In this document: one piece after another, positions 11,626-29,010 of the stretch
Numbering within the stretch: the first letter of the stretch is position 1
Layout of the letters: the number at the start of each line of letters is the position of its first letter
From: the human T2T-CHM13v2.0 reference genome, Homo sapiens
Reading direction: 5' to 3' (one strand)
Length of the DNA: 64,000 nt
NCBI RefSeq assembly: GCF_009914755.1
Contig: NC_060944.1
The notes under the pieces: generated by a model
Told to the model about the DNA's origin: nothing
Seen by the model: the letters and a program-made list of their open reading frames with translations, nothing else
Database searches by the model: none
Made by a program: the position numbers and the translations under genes

Positions 11626-12759
11626 AGCTCCCAGGAGATTCTAATGTGTGGCTGGCTGGGCCCACCAGCATGGATGAGGACAAATATAGCTGTATCGAGT
11701 TTGGTCTCAGACTTTTTCATGCATCATTGACCTCCTAGAACCTAAATTAAAAAGCAGACATCCAGGTACTGAGCACCTGCTCCAAGTAGTCAAACAGCAT
11801 ATTCATGCCTGAGGTGAGACTTTCCCAGGCATCTTCCCCAAGCTTCTCATTTGCCTGAACATAGACAAACTGAGGCCCAGAAGTCTTGCCCAAGGTCACC
11901 ATCTGGCAGGCTAGGCTCTAAGACTCCTTGCCTGAGGGCTGCAGAGCTGAGCTGGTGATTCAGGGCAGCTCAGGGTCCCCTCAAGTGACTGGAGCTCCCC
12001 AAGCACCTCACTGGTCCCCCACTTGTCCTGTGGTTGCAAGTGGCTGGGCAGGGCAAAGGTTACCCACAGCTGGATCCCATCACCCAGTTTGCCACACCCG
12101 CCCACCAGCACAGGCCCTGGGATGGATAATCTGGGCCAGATGGGCTCAGTTAGGCTGGGCTGGGCTCTGGAGACTAATATTGGCCTGGGTGGTGGGAGCT
12201 AGGTCTGGCCCATGGCTGAGGCACCAGCTGGAAGGGCAGGGAATGGATCCCAGTGGAGGAACTCACCCAGCGTGGGATCTACTTCTCTTGTTTTTTTGGA
12301 TCTACTTCTCTCTATGCCGTGCACCGACTCCAGGATTAGACCTGCCCCTTCTCCATCACTCTCAGGCTGCCGAATTCTCAGGCCTATGATGGGGTACAAA
12401 GGCCTGACCTTTTGTCACCCTTCCAGCTGGCAAAGAGACTGAGTTTTGGTCCCTGGTCTACTGCCCCATCCCCTTGGCCCTGGGTTTGAGTTCTGGCTCT
12501 GCCACACTTTCATTGTGGGCCCTTGGAGACTACTGTGTTTCTCTGAGCCCCACTTTACAGATCTGGGTCATGGGTCAGCACACCCTGCTCCTTGCTGGGG
12601 AGAGGGCATTTGCAAAGGGTCTTGAAGGAAAAGAAAGAAATTTTCACAGGCAGGGGCTGGGGGAGAGGGGGTGATTCAGACAAATAACAGGTGCAGATCC
12701 GTGGATGAGCAGCCTCCGTGGCCGAGGAGATCTGCTCAAGCCTGCTTCTCTCCTGCATT

Positions 12760-13170
12760 ATTTATATAAAATGGACATCAATTGGTGAATGGAGAAACTG
12801 CAGTCCATCCATGCAGTGGACTCCATTGAGCAATAAAAAGGAAAGAACCATTGATGTGTGCAAACACACAGATGAACCTCAGATGGATCATGAGTGAAAA
12901 ATATGCAACTCCAATGGTTCCATACTGTAGGAGTCTATTTGTATGACTCTCTAAAAATGTCAGAATCTGTGATTGCCAGGGCCTGGGTCCGGGGAGGGGG
13001 TGGGGATTGATTGTTAAAGGACACAGGGGAGCTTTTTGGGATATTGGCAATGTTCTATGTCATGATTTTGCTGGTGGTTACATAACTGTATATGTCTGTC
13101 AAAACTCATGGAACTATATGTGAAAAGGGTAGATTTTGCTGTACGTGGGTCATACCTCAGTAAAAAACAA
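12760..13170 (+). mobile_element. Old L1M 3'-end fragment
   Basis: catcaattggtgaatggagaaac...tgtcaaaactcatggaactata...cctcagtaaaaaa, typical of L1MB/MC/ME 3' UTRs. Confidence 0.7.
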
Positions 13171-13977
13171 CGCCCCCAACACAAGGTTCTATAAAATGCC
13201 GCAGATATACATATGTAACATTAAATAGATCTCCTCCAGTGAACCCCCTCACCCTCTCTGAGTTTCATTCATGTGTTCATTCAGGAATTATTTCTTGAGC
13301 ACCTACTATGTGCTCATCCTGTATTAGGTATTAGATAATCAGAAATGAGCAAAATTCGTAAAGTTTCTGATTCCAGGGCACTTCTACTAAATATATCAGT
13401 TGCATTGAAATCTTGATGAATGCTATGAAGAAAATAAGACAGGGTAATATGTGGGGTTGGAGGCAAGTTTAGCCAGTATGATGGAGAAAGCCCCACCAGA
13501 GAGGGCCATCTGGGCTGAGAGGCTGAGAAGAAGCAAGGTCTGGGAGAGTCAGGAGGGAGGGAATTCCAGGCAGAGGAAAAGGCAAGTGCAGAGGCCTTGA
13601 AGTGGGAGCGTGTCTGGTATTTGAGGATCAAAATGAAGATGGTAACAATGATATGCCCTGCAGCTATCTCTCTTCCATGGAAAATGGTGCATGAGGTTCC
13701 TGTTTGGGAAATGCATCTTGTCAACTGCAGATAAAAATCAATGCAGAGAGAGTAGTGCTTTGTATGGATGAAGCTGTGTGTGAATCACAGCTCTTAGCTT
13801 ACTGGCTGTGTGACCTTAGGCTGGGGCCTCTACTGGTGTCTGAGCCTTTTCTCTAAAATGAAGATAATCATAGCTCCTTCCCCTGGGTTGTAGGGAGCAT
13901 TCCTGAGATAACTCTGGTTGTAGTTACATAATGAACGCATGATAAATTCTGGTATGTCTGGGCCATATCTTACTATG

Positions 13978-14330
13978 TGTCAGGACTCTGAGCCCAAGCC
14001 TGCGCGTATACATCCAGATGGCCTGATGCAACTGGAGAACCACAAAAGAAGTGAAAATGGCTGGTTCCTGCCTTAACGGATGACATTACCTTGTGACATT
14101 CCTTCTCCTGGACAATAAGTCTCCGTAGCTCCCCACCAAGCACCTTGTGACCCCTGCCCCTGCCCGCCAGAGAACAACCCCCTTTAACTGTAATTTTCCA
14201 CTACCTACCCAAATCCTATAAAACTGCCCACCCCATCTCCTTTTTCAGACTCAGTCCACCTGCACCCAGGTGATTAAAAAGCTTTATTGCTCACACAAAG
14301 CCTGTTTGGTTCACATGGACGTGCATGATA
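13978..14330 (+). repeat. HERV-H 5' LTR
   Basis: TGTCAGG start, TATAAAA, ATTAAA; followed by the PBS at 14333-14351. Confidence 0.93.
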
Positions 14331-14869
14331 TTTGGTGCTGAAGACCCGGGACAGGAGGACTCCTTCAGGAGACCGGTCCCCTGTCCTTGCCCTCATTCCA
14401 TGAGGAGATCCACCTATGACCTCCGATCCTCAGATCAAACAGCCCAAGGAACATCTCACCAATTTCAAATTGAGTAAACGGTCTTTTCACTCTCTTCTTC
14501 AGCCTCTCTCACTACCCTTCAATCTCCCTGTCCTTCCAATTCGGGTTCCTTTTTCTCTCTAGTAGAGACAAAGGAGACACATTTTATCCATGGACCCAAA
14601 ACTGCAGCACCGGTCATGGACTCAGGAAGACAGTCTTCCCTTGGTGTTTAATCACTGCAGGGATGCCTGCCCTGATCATTCACCCACATTCCATTGGTGT
14701 CTGATCACCGGGGGGACACCTGCCTTGGTCATTCACCCACATTCCCTTGGTGGCATGTCAATTGCAGGGACACCTGCTTTGGCTGCTCACCCATATTACA
14801 GCCCAGGGCTGCTCACCGCCCGCTTCTCCGTGTCTCTAGCTTTCTCTTTAAACTTACCTCTTCACTGTG

Positions 14870-18150
<3,281 letters not shown>

Positions 18151-18326
18151 GGTTCCGACATTGCTCCTAATCCTGCTCGAAGAAGCCCTGAGAAACATCA
18201 CCCATTATCTCTCCATACCACCTCCAAAAATTTTCGCCACCCCAACACTTCACCTCTATTTTGTTTTGTCCCAACACTTCACCACTATTTTGTTTTGTTT
18301 TTCTTATTAATATAAGAAGACAGGAA

Positions 18327-18700
18327 TGTCAGGCCTCTGAGCCCAAGCCTGCACGTGTACATCCAGATGGCCTGATGCAACTGGAGAACCACAAAAGAAG
18401 TGAAAATGGCTGGTTCCTGCCTTAACTGATGACATTACCTTGTGACATTCCTTCTCCTGGACAATGAGTCTCAGAAGCTCCCCCACTGAGCACCTTGTGA
18501 CCCCTGCCCCTGCCCACAAGAGAACAACCCCCTTTAACGTAATTTTCCATTACCTACCCAAATCCTATAAAACTGCCCCACCCCATCTCCCTTTGCTGAC
18601 TCCTTTTTCGGACTCAGTCCACCTGCACTCAGGTGATTAAAAAGCTTTATTGCTCACACAAAGCCTGTTTGGTGGTCTCTTCACACGGACGCACGTGACA
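18327..18700 (+). repeat. HERV-H 3' LTR
   Basis: Preceded by PPT AAGAAGACAGGAA; TG...CA termini; direct repeat of the 5' LTR. Confidence 0.93.
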
Positions 18701-18731
18701 CTATGTAGCTGTTAAAAACAATGAGGTTGAT

Positions 18732-19035
18732 GGCTGGGCATGGTGGCTCACACCTGTAATCCCATGACTTTGGGAGGCCAAGGTGGGTGGATCGCTTAAG
18801 CTCAGGATTTGGAGACCAGCCTGGGTAACATGGTGAAACCTTGTGTCTACTAAAATCAGAACAAAATTAGCTGAAGGTGGTGGTGCATGCCTCTAGTCTC
18901 AGCTACTTGCGGGGCTGAGGCAGGAGGATGGCTTTAGCCTAGGAGGTGGTTGCAGTGAGCTCTGATCATGCCACTGCTCTCCAGCCTGGGCGACAGAGCA
19001 AAACCCTATCTTAAAACAAAACAAACAAACAAGCA
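18732..19035 (+). mobile_element. Alu (J-like) with (AAAC)n tail
   Basis: Dimeric Alu; TSD AATGAGGTTGA. Confidence 0.92.
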
Positions 19036-19366
19036 AGAATGAGGTTGAGCTACATCAGATGCTGATCTGAAAAGATGTCCCTGTCATGCTTATGAGTAAA
19101 AAAAGAAACCAAGAGGCAGAACACTATATACAATGTGGATCCATTTGTGTGTAAGAATGATCCAAATGATGTATTTTTATACAAAAACCGAGAAGATCAA
19201 ACTATTAACAGTAGCGATTTGCTTCAGGGGAGGGGGTTTCAATAGGGTGATGGTGATGGCGTTTTCTTTTTACATTACCTATATTGAAATTGTTTGGATT
19301 TTAAAAGTAGAATGAGAGTGTATACAGGTATAATTAATAGAATATTTAACAACTAGTATATAAACA

Positions 19367-19884
19367 CTAGGAGTCCCTAACTGATGTCCTGGACCCCCAG
19401 GGATCTGTGAATAGAATTCAAGGAACCTGTAAACTTGCATTAAAAAAAAAAGGACATGCTTTTCCCACTAGTCTCTAACTGATATTAACTTTTCCTGTGG
19501 TAGTGAGTATATGCCACAGGCTATTACAGTGGTGATAGCAGGGCCTGCAGCTTTGTCACTAGTAGAAACCGCAGATACTCTAATATCTCATTGCAGTGAT
19601 TGCGGATATCTACGACACATTGTGTATACTCACCTCAGCCTCAAAATTATGGAAGGTACTTGACCCACCACTCAGTCTTGTTATTTTGTGCATTAATACA
19701 GAAATAATATAGGACTATATCAGAAACCTGTTTTCTGTTATGTTGACATTTGCATCTCAAGGCAATTTGTTTCCTTTATAAATCTATGCATTTAATTTTA
19801 CATTTCAAAAAAAAATTTTTTTTTCTGAGAGAGGGTCACCGGATGCCAAAGGACCCCAAGGTACAGGAAAGGTTAAGACCCCTG
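19367..19884 (+). mobile_element. MER113-like hAT-Charlie element
   Basis: Ends AAGGTTAAGACCCCTG; homologous to 10194-10625. Confidence 0.7.
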
Positions 19885-21563
19885 AAGGCCTGTCCCACAC
19901 AAGGTTCCTCACTGGTGTCCCCAGTAGGCTACCAACTCTGAGAGTGCAAGGACTTTGCCTGCCTTCTGGGGCCTGGAAGACTGTCTGGATATTTGTAGGC
20001 TCTGCTGTTGACCCCAATTATAGATGGGCAAATGGAGGTTCAGGCTCAGAGTCACTTCCCTGAGGTCACCCATCAAGTTGCAGATGCTAGATTCCTCCTC
20101 ATGTCTACTGATTTGGAAGGCTGGGAGGTCAGGTCTTGTGGGTGTAAGAGGGTCAAGGCGGGGGCTGGGCGGGTGAAAGTGGTGCTTCCCTCACCCAGGG
20201 TACGACCCAGGCTTTAGCCTTGCAGCCAGTGAGCCCAGAGGATGGGGTGAACCCTGCTGCTGGCTTCTGCCTGTTGACCCAGTTCCTGGGTCTCTGCCCA
20301 GACTTGTTCCAGAACCAGACCCAAAGCACCAAGGTTTCTGTGAATGGGGGTGGCATTAAGGAAACTTACCCTTCTAGTTGTTCAGACCCAGCCTCTCAGA
20401 GCTGCCCTGCTTTCCTTTGTCTCTCTCACATCCTGCATCCAATCTGTTGTCTCTACCCTCGGGCGCATGCAGAATCTGACCACTTCTGCCCAACCTTGCC
20501 ACTTCCACCCCAGTCCCAGCCCCCATTGTCTCTAGCAGGGATCAAAGCTTCCTTGATACTGTCAGCATCTGTCATTGCTCCCTGGGCCCCCAGGCTATGC
20601 TCCACACATAGCCAGTGACGTCCTGGTCAACCTGTCAGATTATGACCCCCTCTGCTCTAAACCCTGCCTTGGGTCCCGTGTGGCTTAGAGAGGACCAGGA
20701 CTCCTTGCAGATTCCTTTAGTGAAGAACAAAATTCTTTGCTTTGGAAACAGGTAAAACAGTCCCCAGTGAACAGAGTCCAAACCAGGCTGTACTGGGATG
20801 GTGTGGGAATTGGGATGAAGCCTGTTCTAGGTCCTAGGCTGAACCAAAGCCCCATGGCTGGGGTGGTGCAGGGTGTGGAGATTTGAGCCCGGCCTGACGG
20901 TAAAAGGAAACGGGCTTTAGCAGGGATGCCCCAGGGGTAGGAGCCCAGGCAGGGAGACATCTGGGGAGCAAAGACTTAGTGAGGGGGAGACCTAAATGAT
21001 GCTCTCAGGGACCTCTCAGCTCCCATCCCCTCCATTTCACAGATGGGAAAACTGAGGTCCCAATCAGGAAAATAAAGTGCCAGAGGCTGTACACAGGAGC
21101 TAATGGCCAGATCTGGTGCAGACGTATGAAAATCTGGAGGGTCAGATCTTACCTAGCTGTGTGTGTGTGTTTCAACTTAAATGTAAATCTTTGTAATTTT
21201 ATTTTTCGAATGGGTGATATAAACACATTGTTCAAAATTCCAAGGAACAAAAAGGAGTGAAGTGAAAAACAAATTTTTCTGTCCCTGCCTCAACCCACAG
21301 TTCCCTCCCTACAGGCCACTGAGGGAGGTTCCTGGGTTTCCTTCCAGAGAAACGCTATGCATACTTCTACATCTGCAGTAACTGTGTTTCCATCCCACCA
21401 CCTGCCCTTCAGGCTACAAAAACCTCAGCTTGCCATTCCACACCTGGCTTCCTTTTGCTTAACATTGTTCATAGCATGTTCCACATTCATCCAGGTAGAC
21501 TTGCCTCAGCATTGTAAGCTGCTTGAAATTCCATCTATGGGCCTCCATTGTTTGCTCATCTAG

Positions 21564-22000
<437 letters not shown>

Positions 22001-23128
22001 ACAGTTGTGATTTTGACTATCGTTAACAAACTGCCCTTGGCAGAGGTTATGCCTAGTGGTTTCTGCCCCTTTGGAGGAGAGGCCCTAGGGTCTGCAGAGG
22101 TGGCCACAGGAGCCACAGAGTTGCTTATTGCACCCCCTCCCAATACGCATCCACACCTCCCAATCTCAGTAGCACCAAAGCATCTCCCACCAGCTTCCTT
22201 CTGACTTCTAGGTCTCCCTGAAAATGTCACCTCCTCTGAGAAGCATTCCCTGACCACCCCCACTCTACTCCACCTGTTTATCACAGTGTGCACTCTGGCT
22301 TCTACACAGTACTTCATGCCATCTGAAATCACTTTAGTCATTTGTCATTTGTCCAATTCCCCCACGAGAAGAGCCCCAGGAGTGCAGAGGTTTGTCTGCC
22401 CTGTTCATGAGCACATCCTCTATGCCTAGAATAGGGCTAGGCATATGAGAGGTCCTCGATAAATATTTGTGGAAAGAGCAGATGGGTCAGTTTTGTGTAA
22501 GGGGCACGAGATTTCCACTGAATAGTTGTTTGGCAGCTAGAAGCAAGTTAGGAGCCTCGAGCCCAGGCCCAGCCACTGCTGGAGCCTGTGAGAGGCAAAG
22601 GCAGTGGAGACCACAGAGACCAGAGAACAGAGAGCTAACTGGTGCCAGGGCAGAAAGAAAGGGGAAGAAACACCAGCACAGAGATGGGAGGGGCAGGAAG
22701 GAGGGTTCCCAGGAGGGAGGCCCATGGCAAGGGAGGGAGTCAGCTTGGGGTATCTGCAGGAGGAATGTTCTAGAAATGAACAAGACATAGTCTTGGTGCT
22801 CATTTCCTTCCTCCAACCAACTCATTCAGATGTGCCGAGACCTGGGCATGGTGCTGGGGATAGAGCAGCTACCAGAACAGGCCAGGCTCTGCACTGCTGC
22901 TGCGGTCTCCCAAGGAAGATATCTAAAGGGCTACTCTGTCCCAGGCATGACCCCAAGGCCCTACAAATACAGCTCATTTAGTCCTTGGTGCTCCCATTGT
23001 CACCATTTTACAGATGAGGAAAGGAAGGCATTGAGAAGATGAGCATCTTGCCTAAGTGGCAAAGACTGGATTTAAATATAGGCCTTTGGTCTCCAGAGAC
23101 CACACCCTTAGCCACTCGGTGGGCTGCT

Positions 23129-23648
23129 TGTGGCAGCTAGCCTTCAGGATGACCCCAGGGATCCTGGTGCTCATGCCCTTGTGTAGTCCCCTCTCTCAAC
23201 AAGTCAGGACTGGCTGGCATGACTAATTAGATATTGTAGAAACGTTAGTGTGACTTCCTTGGCTAAACCATTGCATTGTGTCTTCTGTCTTGCCCTCTCT
23301 TGGACCACACGCTTTAGAGGAAGTAGGCCACTATGGCCTGAGGACCCTTAAGCAGCCCTTGGGAGGAAGCCATCTGGAGGGGAACTGAGGCCTTCTACTC
23401 ACAGCCAGCGCCAGCTCACCAGCCACAGGAGGCCGAGCCCCAGCCCAGGTCAAGCCTTCAGATGAGTGCAGCCCTAGCTGATACCTGAGTGCAACCACAT
23501 GAAAAAAACCCCAAGTCGGAACTACCTTGTTAAGTTGCTTCAGAATTCCTGACCCTCAGAAACTATGAAAGATAAGAAATGTTTGTTGTTATTTTAAGCT
23601 GCTAAATGTTTTAGGGTAATTTGTTATGCCACAATAGATAACTAATAT
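23129..23648 (+). mobile_element. MLT1 (MaLR) solo LTR, MLT1F-like
   Basis: TGTGGCAG start; gaactgaggcc and caagccttcagatga blocks; ends caatagataactaata. Confidence 0.7.
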
Positions 23649-26600
23649 ACTGCTTTTCCAGAGCTTATAGAGGTTTAACCCTCTTGCTTCTCTTCTCTGC
23701 CATCCCCAGGCCTCAGTTTCCTCATTTTGACAATGGGCTGACTTGTGATTTATGAGGGTTGGCCCCTCCTCCTCTGCCTTGCTTCTGTCCCCTGGGCCTG
23801 CACCAGGCCCTCACCCTGTGGCTCAATGCAGACTGAAATGGTTTGTCTTGTCCTGTCTGAGCAGCTGGGCCCAAGCCTTCCTCATTGTTTTCCTCTCTGC
23901 AAGACATACTATTGCTTTTCTTCTGGGTCAGGCTCTGGGCAAGCACAGCCAGTGGGCTGAGAGCCAGGGGTAGAGAGACTTGGGGACCAACGGGCTCTCA
24001 CGGAGGGATGAGCTTCTCAACCCTAGCTCAACCCTCAATTCTTTGACACAGGCCCAGCGTCTCCAAACATCCAGTGTGGTCTGGGCCTGGAGCACTGCAC
24101 TGAGAGTCAGCAAGCTTGCTCAATAGCTTTGCCATTTCCTTTCTCTGCCAGTGATGAGTTTCTCTGAACCTCAGTGGCCTCATTGTTTCCTCCTTGCAGA
24201 GCGCCTGGAAGGAATAGGGAAATGGCCACTGGGACCTGTGTTCTGTGGATCTGGGCTAGGATTCTTGTCTGTCTGGTTCATGAGGCCTAGCACAGTGCCT
24301 GGCACACAGTAGTGCCTCCCATATTTGTGGAATATTTGGGACTTCCCTGGCTCCTGAGCCTCACCTTTCATGGGGTGGCAGGTCCAGTGTTCATCCCAGG
24401 TGAAAGGCCACAAGGAGAAGATGAGGAGTGTGGCGGAAAGGGCTGCAGAGGGAGGGGAGCAGGGCCTGCCTCTGCCATCTGGACTTGGGAGGGGCTGCCA
24501 GGGTCCCTGCCTCCTCAGGCTCAGGTATGCCTTTGGTGGTCGTCTATATTTCAACCTTGATCTTGGGAGGTGTTTGCGATCGCTCACCTCCCTGACACTT
24601 GAAAGTCACAGAATGGAGAGGTGTGTCCATTTTGCTTGGCAACATGCTTATTGAACAGTTATTATGTGGTCAGCACTGTTCTAACCACTAGGTATATGAA
24701 GTCCTTGCAGCCACCCTCCAAGGTAGGACCTGTTATCGACCTATTTTACAGACGAGGCACAGAGAGGTTAAACAACTTGTCCAAGGACAGGTAGCTCTTC
24801 ACAGGTGTAACCAGGCGGTGCTTCTGCAAGGCCTCTTGGCTAGAGTGATCATGTGACAGCGCCCCTGCCCACCCCCCAACCTCACCTCAACTTTGGGAAA
24901 ATAGGGCAAAGTATGTTCTAGACACAGGGAGGCTTTGCTGGGGTATCTCCCCACGTGGCACCAGGCCTTTCTGCCTGTACGACTCCAGTGTGTACCTCTT
25001 CTCTTATTGGATCCCCAGCAGCCTGGAGGAAAAGGGTGATTGTTCCCCACACAAATGAGTAAACTAAGGCCCACAAAGGCCGAGCATTACTCACAGCTGG
25101 TAAAGGAAGATTTTTAACTTAATGGCTGAGCTCTTTCTATGTGCCTGTCTTGCCTTCTTGGTGGCTGAGGCTGATCCTGCAGATGGGGTGACAGGGATAA
25201 GATTAGGGTCAGACAAAGATGGTGGAAGCTGGCTCAGAGGTCCACAGTCTATCAGAGAATGATCCTCAGTGAGGACAGGACAGAAAAGTGGCCACATCTC
25301 TTCCCAGTCTCCATGGTCCTCCACGGAGAACAGGGTCAGGACCAGGGACATCTGTCTGGCTCCTGGTGAGCACTCCAGTCTCATCTTGGCCATGCTCTCC
25401 TCGCTCTCTGCACTGTAGACACACTGAATGCCTTTTGCTTTTGGCCCATTCTACCCCCAGGGCCTTTGCACTTGCTGTCCCGTGTGCCTGGAATGCTTTT
25501 GCTTCCTTTCCCTGTCTCGCCACTGCCAACCCAGCCTTTAGATCTCAGCTCTGTCCTTCTTCCTAGTGCCTCCCTCCCTCAAGGTCAGGCACCCATTATC
25601 CACCCCTAGCATCTCTCGGTCCCTCCTTCATGGCACATATCATGATTGATCGTTGCACATGGGAAATCACTAGGTTAGTTACACCCACTGCTCCAGGGGC
25701 AAGGGGGAAGGATGGTCTTCCTTGCTCACTACTAAATCCTTGTCACTTGCATGGCGCCTGGCGCATTGTAAGCCCTCAATAAACAGTGGTGGAAGGGACA
25801 ATTAAATGAATGCAGGAATGAATATTCTTACCTGACAAACTAAGTTCAGAGTTGTGTATACACATTTGTGTTTGTGTGTGGTGGGGGGCAGGAGTCGGGG
25901 GTTGCACATCTACACATAGTCCCAGAATTGAAAGGATGCATGATTTTTTCATGACATTTATGGCATGCTATGTATCTTGTTGCCTCTGGAGAGGAGAAAC
26001 AGGGGTCTCAGCTGGGTGTCAGGAACCCTGGGTTCTGGGCCAACTCCTGCCACCGACCCTTGGGTGAATGTGATTGAGTCACTCCCTTGCCCAGGCTTAG
26101 TGTTCCCATCTGTAAATGGTGGGCACAGAGAGGTGGTCTGTGTAGTGGTTAAGACTGTGGGTTCTGGAGCCAGTCTGCCCGGGTACGAACTCACCTCCCT
26201 CACTTCTTAGCTGTGTAAACTCCCTGGGCCTCCGTTTCCCCGCAATAAATGGGGATCATAACAGTCCCCACCTTTTAGGATGCCACGAGGTTTATGAGTC
26301 AATGTTTATAAGACACATATAAAGTGTCTGGCCCAGAGAAAGTCCCATATGTGAATTCACCCCAGCAAAGCACTTATCCCAGAAGACAGAGGAAACAATA
26401 GTAGCATCTCCTGGTTCTCTGTGCTGGAGCAGTGCCAGGCACATCCCCTGACCAGCCATTTGAGCCTCACAGCAAACCCAGGCGATGTGTGTATCATCAC
26501 CTCAATTTTATAGATTGAAAAACTGAAGCTCAGGTCTTTCTCATAGTTACACATCTAATAATCTCACAGATGTAAAGTTGAGGGAACAAAAGGAAACTAT

Positions 26601-28707
26601 AGTAAGATATGGATGGTACGACAGGATTCCTTCCTTGCACCGTGAATCCTGGAGTCTTGACGTTTACTGAGCACTTACTCTCTGCCAGGCCCTGTACTGA
26701 GCCCCACATGTGCATTGCCTCATTTAATCTCCTCAATAACCTGCAAAGTAGCTTCTGTTAGTGTCCTCACTTCACAGATAAGGAAACCGAGTCACAGAGT
26801 GGAAAAGCAATGGTCTGAGAAGGCACAGCCAGTAAGCAGTGGAGCTGGGATTCAGACTGAGTCAACTGGGACTCAGGGCCTACACTCGGCTTCTGTGGGA
26901 TTTGCCCCCAGGCCCTGGGCCAAGAATGGGGTGTGTAATTGTGGGGACACCCAGACTGAGCTTCTGGAGCCCCTTAGCTTTTCAGAACGGCCACAGCTGC
27001 CTGAGGCCCTACCTGAATCATCCCTGGCAGAAAAGCCCTAGGGAGCCTTGGGCCAAGGGTTCCTGGGGGAAGAAAAATCTAGTAGCTATGGATCTCCCCT
27101 TTGGGGACCAGGGTCCTCTATATTTTCCAGGTCCCAGCTAATGCCCAGGGACCCATCCACCATGGACATGGCTTATTTATTGGACAGAAAACTGGCTTAA
27201 GTTCTGAGATAATAGGTTCCGGCATCAGATGGCTGAATCTGACTTTGCCCTTCTTGGCTGTAAGATCTTGGGCAAGTCACCTAATCTCTTGGTGCCTCAG
27301 TTTCCTCATCTGTTAGTGGACAAGCAATCTTACTTCACTGGGTCATGGTGAGAATTAAATGCCGTAACATAAAGCACCTAGGACAGTGTGTGGCATACAG
27401 TAAATGCTCACTAAATGAGTGCTTACTCATTACGTCATAACTGCTTTTTCATCCTCCACTCATTCTGGGAGGCACGAGTATTTTGAGTTCCACTTTAGAG
27501 AGGAGCCAATTGATATATGTGGCTTCCCCGGGTTCCCATAGCTTTGAGTGGTACCCCTGGGACTTGACCTCCTGACCCCAACTTGGTCCTCCCCAGACCC
27601 CACAGCCAACTCTCAGGGTTCATTCCTGACATTTCAGAGCTGGCTCTGAGGTTATGCAAACAAACTGCGGCCAGAGTCTGACTGGAGGTGCAGGCTTAGG
27701 GGGCAGACCTGGGGCCCGTTTTCTAACATTTCCTGCCCAAGGAGAAGGAGAAGAAGGTCTGTGTACATCCCAGCCTGGCTGAGCTCTAAGGCCAGGGAGG
27801 AGAGAACTAGAAACATGTGGCCCTGCCCTCTGTGGGATGGCTGGCCAAGCCAGTTGAACAAATAAACCCGTCCTTTTGGGGGAAGTCGTCAGGGGGTCTG
27901 CTGCTGCTGGTGCCTGCCCTGCACCCCCACCTCATCCCAGGCATGAGCCAGCTGGTCATCCCCAGGCCGAGGGTATCTGTGCCAGCTGTTTCCAGGCCCC
28001 CTTCTTGGAAAAATCATCCCATTCCTCTAAGAAGCAGATGCTGTTTCCCCCATCCCCCAGTCCCAAACTGCTTAGAAAGGAGCCAGCAGTGAGGTTAGGA
28101 AATCAAACCCCAAGATATTTTGTTCGGCACCGAGACTCATTTCTTGTTTGGATAACTGAAGGCTGAAAATGCCAAGAATTTGTGGGCAGCCTGGGAAGGC
28201 TGGGGCAACTGGAACCCTGACTCCCAAACCAGGTCAGTTTGGGAGGGTCTCAGGCTGGGCAAGGACCCCACCCTGGGTTCCTCCTTGGTGCTCTCTTGAC
28301 CCACACCCAGTTAGGCAGGGCCTCACAACTGCCAGGCCGAGGGGCCCAGTTATTCTGAGGTTTGATGTCAGAGACCTGGAGCAAACAGCAGAGGCTGGGG
28401 CAGTGCCAGGTTGGGAGGCCCCTGCCCAGCCCCTGACCCCTCTCTGCTTGGCTTTGGGTGCAGAGGAGGAAGAGAAAGAGGCCTCGGCTGAGCAGCCAGC
28501 TGCAGGGTGGGCATTGGTCATTTGGCAGATGTGCCCTGGGTCTTCAGTGTGGACACTCGGGGAGGTAGAGGTGGGAGGGATGGCCTTGGGGTGAGAAAAG
28601 GAGGAGCTGAGAAAGAGACAGGAAAAGATGCAGGGAGTCACTTTGATAGCCAACCAGGAGAGAGAATCAGAGACAGAGACACCCACAGAGTTAGCAACAG
28701 TGAGTCA

Positions 28708-29010
<303 letters not shown>

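Noticed and set aside
14640-14800. Repeated GGGACACCTGCC...CATTCACCCACATTCC units resembling a repeat-spacer array
   Set aside because: Ordinary tandem repeats of the HERV-H leader; not CRISPR-like, and the DNA is human.
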